A stretch of DNA of 20,775 bases, from NCBI GenBank assembly GCA_044345055.1, contig JBIJBT010000050.1, positions 1 to 20,775 on the forward strand, read 5' to 3'. The notes beneath the pieces are model-generated. The model worked only from the letters and a program-made list of their open reading frames with translations, had not been told where the DNA came from and made no database searches. Of this stretch, positions 16,086 through 20,775 are shown one piece after another. A program made the translations under genes and the position numbers. Position 1 is the stretch's first letter. The number at the start of each line of letters is the position of its first letter. Source of the stretch: Bdellovibrionota bacterium (GTDB lineage Bacteria; Bdellovibrionota_C; UBA2361; OMIW01).

Positions 16086-17102
16086 ATGCACCCATTCACC
16101 TACACCCTTCCCCCAGAACTGATCGCACAACGTCCGTGGGACCCGCCCGATGAGGCAAAACTCCTTGTAGTTGATCGTTCCAGCAAATCTATCACTATCG
16201 AACTCTTCCGAGAGCTTCCTCGCTACCTTGCCTCGGGCGATCTTCTCGTACTCAACGATACTCGGGTGATGCCAGCTCGCCTATTTGGGGAATGCGAGGG
16301 ACGCTCCGTTGAGGTGTTGCTGGTATCCGAGCTTGGTGGGGATTGTTGGAGAGTATTGGGACGGCCGATGAAGCAGCTTCGGCGTGGTGGGGAGATCCGA
16401 TTTAGCGATATCTTGAAAGGCCGAGTCGAGGCTAGTGAGGAGGGTGAGGCTCGGTGTTTATTTTTCACCGAAGATGGCACTTCAGTTCGCAGCGCCATAG
16501 AGGCGGCGGGCACTATGCCCATTCCACCCTACATTAGAGCTGGCCGCGGAGACGAACAGGATCGAGCAGATTATCAAACTATCTTTGCCCGAAATGAGGG
16601 CTCAATAGCGGCCCCAACGGCAAGTCTTCACTTTACCGAGCGGCTCCTCGCCGACTGTCGCGAAAGAGGAATCGGAATAGTATTTTTGACGCTTCACGTC
16701 GGGACGGCGAGTTTTCTTCCGGTATATCGAGCGGGAAGTGACGAATTGCGTCCTCCCGAAAGTGAACGTTTCTTCATCCCGCAAGAAACTATCGATGAGG
16801 TCGCTCGGGTCCGGCGAGCTGGAGGCCGAGTTGTTGCGGTTGGTACTACAGTGGCGCGTGCTTTGGAGAGTGCAAGTTCCTCACAGGGAACTCTTCAGGG
16901 CGATACCGAGCTGTTTATTACCCCGGGATACCAATGGAAGATGACCACTAATTTGGTGACTAATTTCCATCAACCGGGTACTACGCATCTTCTTCTTGTT
17001 GAAGCGCTCCTCGGCCGTGAGCTACTAGCCGAGGTTTACAACAGAGCACTCTTAGCGCCTCTAAGGTTTCTCTCTTATGGCGATGGAATGATTGTGCTGT
17101 AG
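16086..17102 (+). CDS. queA: S-adenosylmethionine:tRNA ribosyltransferase-isomerase
   Basis: Motifs LPPELIAQRP, NDTRVMPARL, MPIPPYI, YQTIFA..GSIAAPTASLHFT, TLHVG, AVGTT, TNFHQP and FLSYGDGM. Confidence 0.97.
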   Translation: MHPFTYTLPPELIAQRPWDPPDEAKLLVVDRSSKSITIELFRELPRYLASGDLLVLNDTRVMPARLFGECEGRSVEVLLVSELGGDCWRVLGRPMKQLRRGGEIRFSDILKGRVEASEEGEARCLFFTEDGTSVRSAIEAAGTMPIPPYIRAGRGDEQDRADYQTIFARNEGSIAAPTASLHFTERLLADCRERGIGIVFLTLHVGTASFLPVYRAGSDELRPPESERFFIPQETIDEVARVRRAGGRVVAVGTTVARALESASSSQGTLQGDTELFITPGYQWKMTTNLVTNFHQPGTTHLLLVEALLGRELLAEVYNRALLAPLRFLSYGDGMIVL

Positions 17103-17141
17103 CAGCGATGACATTACTGTCCACTTCTTCAACACTGTACT

Positions 17142-18083
17142 TTATCCCTCGCACATCGGTGCAAGCAACGAATCGATGCAGTCAACGATAAGATGAATCT
17201 CTGGCTTACAGAATGCCGCATCTGCTTTCACTATATCGCATTTTGCTCGCATCTGGTCATTAATGAGCGATGAGAAAAATACGAATGGAATCCGATTAAA
17301 TTTCGGATTTGCTTTTACCGCTTTGCATAGCGCCAATCCATCAAGCTCAGGCATCTCGATATCGCTGAGAATGAGGGTCGTTGGTGAAGGCGGATTTGCC
17401 TGAAGATGTCTTAGAAGCTCTGCTCCGGTCACGAACTGATTAATATCCGTGAATCCAGCTTGCTCGAGGGTCTTCACCGTTGTTTTTCTGATTACCCCTG
17501 AGTCTTCGCAGTACAAAATGGCAGCGTCCTCTCGCTTATAGGTATTCGCCGGTGTTTCATTAACATATTTGATATATGTGCTGATCTGTTGATCCGGATC
17601 GAGTTCCGCCATTAATGCCTCGATATCTAGAATCATGATGACCCGCTTGTCTATCATCACAGTTCCCGTTAGCGAGTGGGAGGTGACATCAAATGTGGTC
17701 TCTGATATCGGCAAAAAGCGGTTCCACGAAACTCGCTCTATGTTAAATACCTTATCAACTAGGAAACCATTCACCCGCTGGTTAAATTCCATAACGAGAA
17801 GGAGTGGATTTATATCCTTACGTAGCTCAAATCCGAGTATCTGGCTAAGATCGAAAACAGCACAGTTTGAGCCCCGAAACGGATAAGAACCAAGAAATAC
17901 ATTATCAGAGGTCGGAAGCTGGGTAAGTTTTGCCTGATCCCACACTAGAAGCTGTGACACTTTAGCGACATTTACTCCGAAACGTTCAGAGCCAACGGCA
18001 ATTTCGAGAAACTCAACCTCGTTAGTTCCGGTATCGAGGAGTATCGAACCGCGTCGCATTTCGTCGCCATTTCCGAAAGACAT
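17142..18083 (-). CDS. cheV: Chemotaxis coupling protein CheV (CheW + receiver domains)
   Basis: N-terminal ILLDTGTNEVEFLE and FGVNVAKV; CheW core (GFLVD, ILDIE); receiver domain EDS, SDIEMPELDG, FSSL, K. Start placed at ATG 18083 after AGGGGG. Confidence 0.92.
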   Translation of the reverse strand: MSFGNGDEMRRGSILLDTGTNEVEFLEIAVGSERFGVNVAKVSQLLVWDQAKLTQLPTSDNVFLGSYPFRGSNCAVFDLSQILGFELRKDINPLLLVMEFNQRVNGFLVDKVFNIERVSWNRFLPISETTFDVTSHSLTGTVMIDKRVIMILDIEALMAELDPDQQISTYIKYVNETPANTYKREDAAILYCEDSGVIRKTTVKTLEQAGFTDINQFVTGAELLRHLQANPPSPTTLILSDIEMPELDGLALCKAVKANPKFNRIPFVFFSSLINDQMRAKCDIVKADAAFCKPEIHLIVDCIDSLLAPMCEG

Positions 18084-18501
18084 GCTCATTTCCCCCTGTT
18101 TCAAACAAAAGCGGCCTAAATTGGGCCTTCCAGTCAACCTATCTGTGAAATTCAAGGCCCCCTCGAAAACCAAATGTATTGTTAGTCGGTCATCCTCCTC
18201 CAACGTACAGAGGGGATATCGGACAAAAGGGCCAAGGGATAAAGCAAAAAAGTAGCATTCGAAAAATTGATCGACTAATAAAATTAAGGCATTGATATTA
18301 TTCGTTATTATAAAGCCCTGATAAGCCGCTCACTCGGGCTTGTCTTGCTTTTTCGGTTGAGCCAAGGGACCATTAGGGTTTTTTAAGGGGCTCAAGTTGC
18401 CGAGGAATCTTCGCGAAGGGGAGATAGGGAATTTAGAGGAGAGCCTTTTCGGACTTTTTATTTTTGTCCTCCCTTAAACTGGGAGCGCATGGGGATGGCC
18501 T

Positions 18502-18915
18502 ATGGAGATTTGGAAGCAGTTTGAGGAAAATGAGCTTACTCACAGCGCTGCTCACCATCTTATGGCGATAAAAGAGATTCGAGATGCCCAAGGGTATGCA
18601 CGGGTAAGTGATGTGGCGCGGCATCTCGGTATTACTACCGGGAGCGCTTCAGCCAATATTAAGGGCCTCAAAGCGCGAGGGCTCGTTGATATGGACCCAA
18701 ACAAGTTTCTCGTCATGACTGCTGCTGGCGAAACCCTTGTAGCGGGAGTTCTCGATCGTAGAGCAGTCCTGTATCAGCTTCTTCATGAAGTTATAGGAGT
18801 AGGGAGCGCGCAAGCGGAGATAGATGCCTGTAAAACTGAGCATTTGCTAAGCGATGAGAGCCTTCTAAAGTTGAAGGAATACCTGAGCGCCGGGCGCACA
18901 CTAAACCAGAAGTAG
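18502..18915 (+). CDS. DtxR/MntR-family metal-dependent transcriptional regulator
   Basis: Winged HTH ARVSDVARHLGIT.GSAS..IKGLKARGLV and dimerisation/metal motif AEIDACKTEHLLS. Confidence 0.88.
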   Translation: MEIWKQFEENELTHSAAHHLMAIKEIRDAQGYARVSDVARHLGITTGSASANIKGLKARGLVDMDPNKFLVMTAAGETLVAGVLDRRAVLYQLLHEVIGVGSAQAEIDACKTEHLLSDESLLKLKEYLSAGRTLNQK

Positions 18916-20049
<1,134 letters not shown>

Positions 20050-20220
20050 GCTGAGGGAAGAAAAATAGAGCAGAGGAAACAAATTCATAGCTCTCTTTGT
20101 GCAAGATCGGTTTGGGATATCAAGAACTTAGCAATATTATCCTTTTAGTTCGCAGATATTTTCCCGCTAATCCGTAGACGGGTGGTTGAAAATCGGCCAC
20201 TTCGGGTTTACCTTTCCAAT

Positions 20221-20511
20221 ATGAGTCAGTTATTTGCACCTTTCAAGGGAAGTGATCCGGCAGCGGTCACTATCAATGGACATCGGATTATTATCCTCGG
20301 CAGCGACCGTTCCGAGCTTGAAGAGGGTCTGGAGCTGGTCGGCGGAGATAGGCTCCGGCGTCTGCGCGTTGGTGATTCCGACCGTGGGCACGAGCGTGTT
20401 CTGAAACGCCTCGCGTACCGAGTGCGTGGAGGTGTTGTTATAGCACCCCCTGATACCTCCGTGTCTGCATTACTAGAAAGTCTTCGCGAGCAATTGCCGT
20501 GGGTTCAGTAG
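20221..20511 (+). CDS. Hypothetical protein
   Basis: 96-aa ORF with protein-like alpha/beta pattern that fills the gap after tgt. No family recognised. Alternative GTG start at 20182. Confidence 0.6.
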   Translation: MSQLFAPFKGSDPAAVTINGHRIIILGSDRSELEEGLELVGGDRLRRLRVGDSDRGHERVLKRLAYRVRGGVVIAPPDTSVSALLESLREQLPWVQ

Positions 20512-20687
20512 GTGAGAGGTGGGTAGAGTTGGTTAAGAAACCGCGAGCAAGAACCGCTCGAAATATACTTAGCCGCACCTGCTTCCTATTTTTTCTACTT
20601 CTTACTTTTACATCCTGCGGTTCGCGACACTTGCATCGTCCCCCCCAAGTCATGCGAGTTGGCCCTGTAGCCACCTTCTTAGATTCT

Positions 20688-20775
20688 TCAGAAACCTATC
20701 TTCCCGATCTTCGTATTCTCGTTAGAGTGGATGACCGCGGCCTCTCGGTCATGAGCACCGACTGCACGGTCGATC
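20688..20775 (-). CDS. 3' end of an unidentified gene entering from outside the window
   Basis: A minus-strand frame is open from the window edge: ...IDRAVGAHDREAAVIHSNENTKIGKIGF*. Confidence 0.4.
   Translation of the reverse strand, partial: IDRAVGAHDREAAVIHSNENTKIGKIGF

Noticed and set aside
18414..18450. yybP-ykoY (Mn) riboswitch-like AAGGGGAG...GAGCCTTT upstream of the MntR-like gene
   Set aside because: The interior is far too short for the four-way junction and lacks the L3 motif. An Rfam cmscan would settle it.

Overview
Ordinary bacterial core-chromosome window. The gene set and protein style suggest a deltaproteobacteria-like/Bdellovibrionota-type lineage, but that is inference only. 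Order: 5'-truncated ComEC-family gene; divergent MreB paralog with a Ser-rich N-terminal extension (-); DUF423 (-); etfB-etfA-DUF192; a ~480-nt structured leader, then rho, a receiver-like ORF, mutL and miaA; a 294-bp intergenic element of nested palindromes; accA, infA, MscS, DUF971, LysM/M23 lipoprotein, tRNA-Arg(CCT); HAD hydrolase (-); queA; cheV (-); DtxR/MntR-like regulator; tgt; a hypothetical ORF; and the 3' end of a gene running off the window. No integrase, transposase, CRISPR or phage genes are visible. The most unusual signal is non-coding (11231-11524): two 46-bp hairpin direct repeats with compensatory changes enclose five further perfect hairpins and a 14-bp long-range inverted repeat. 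The long rho leader with mutually exclusive pairings is the next most interesting. All protein calls rest on motifs recognised by eye, with no database searches.
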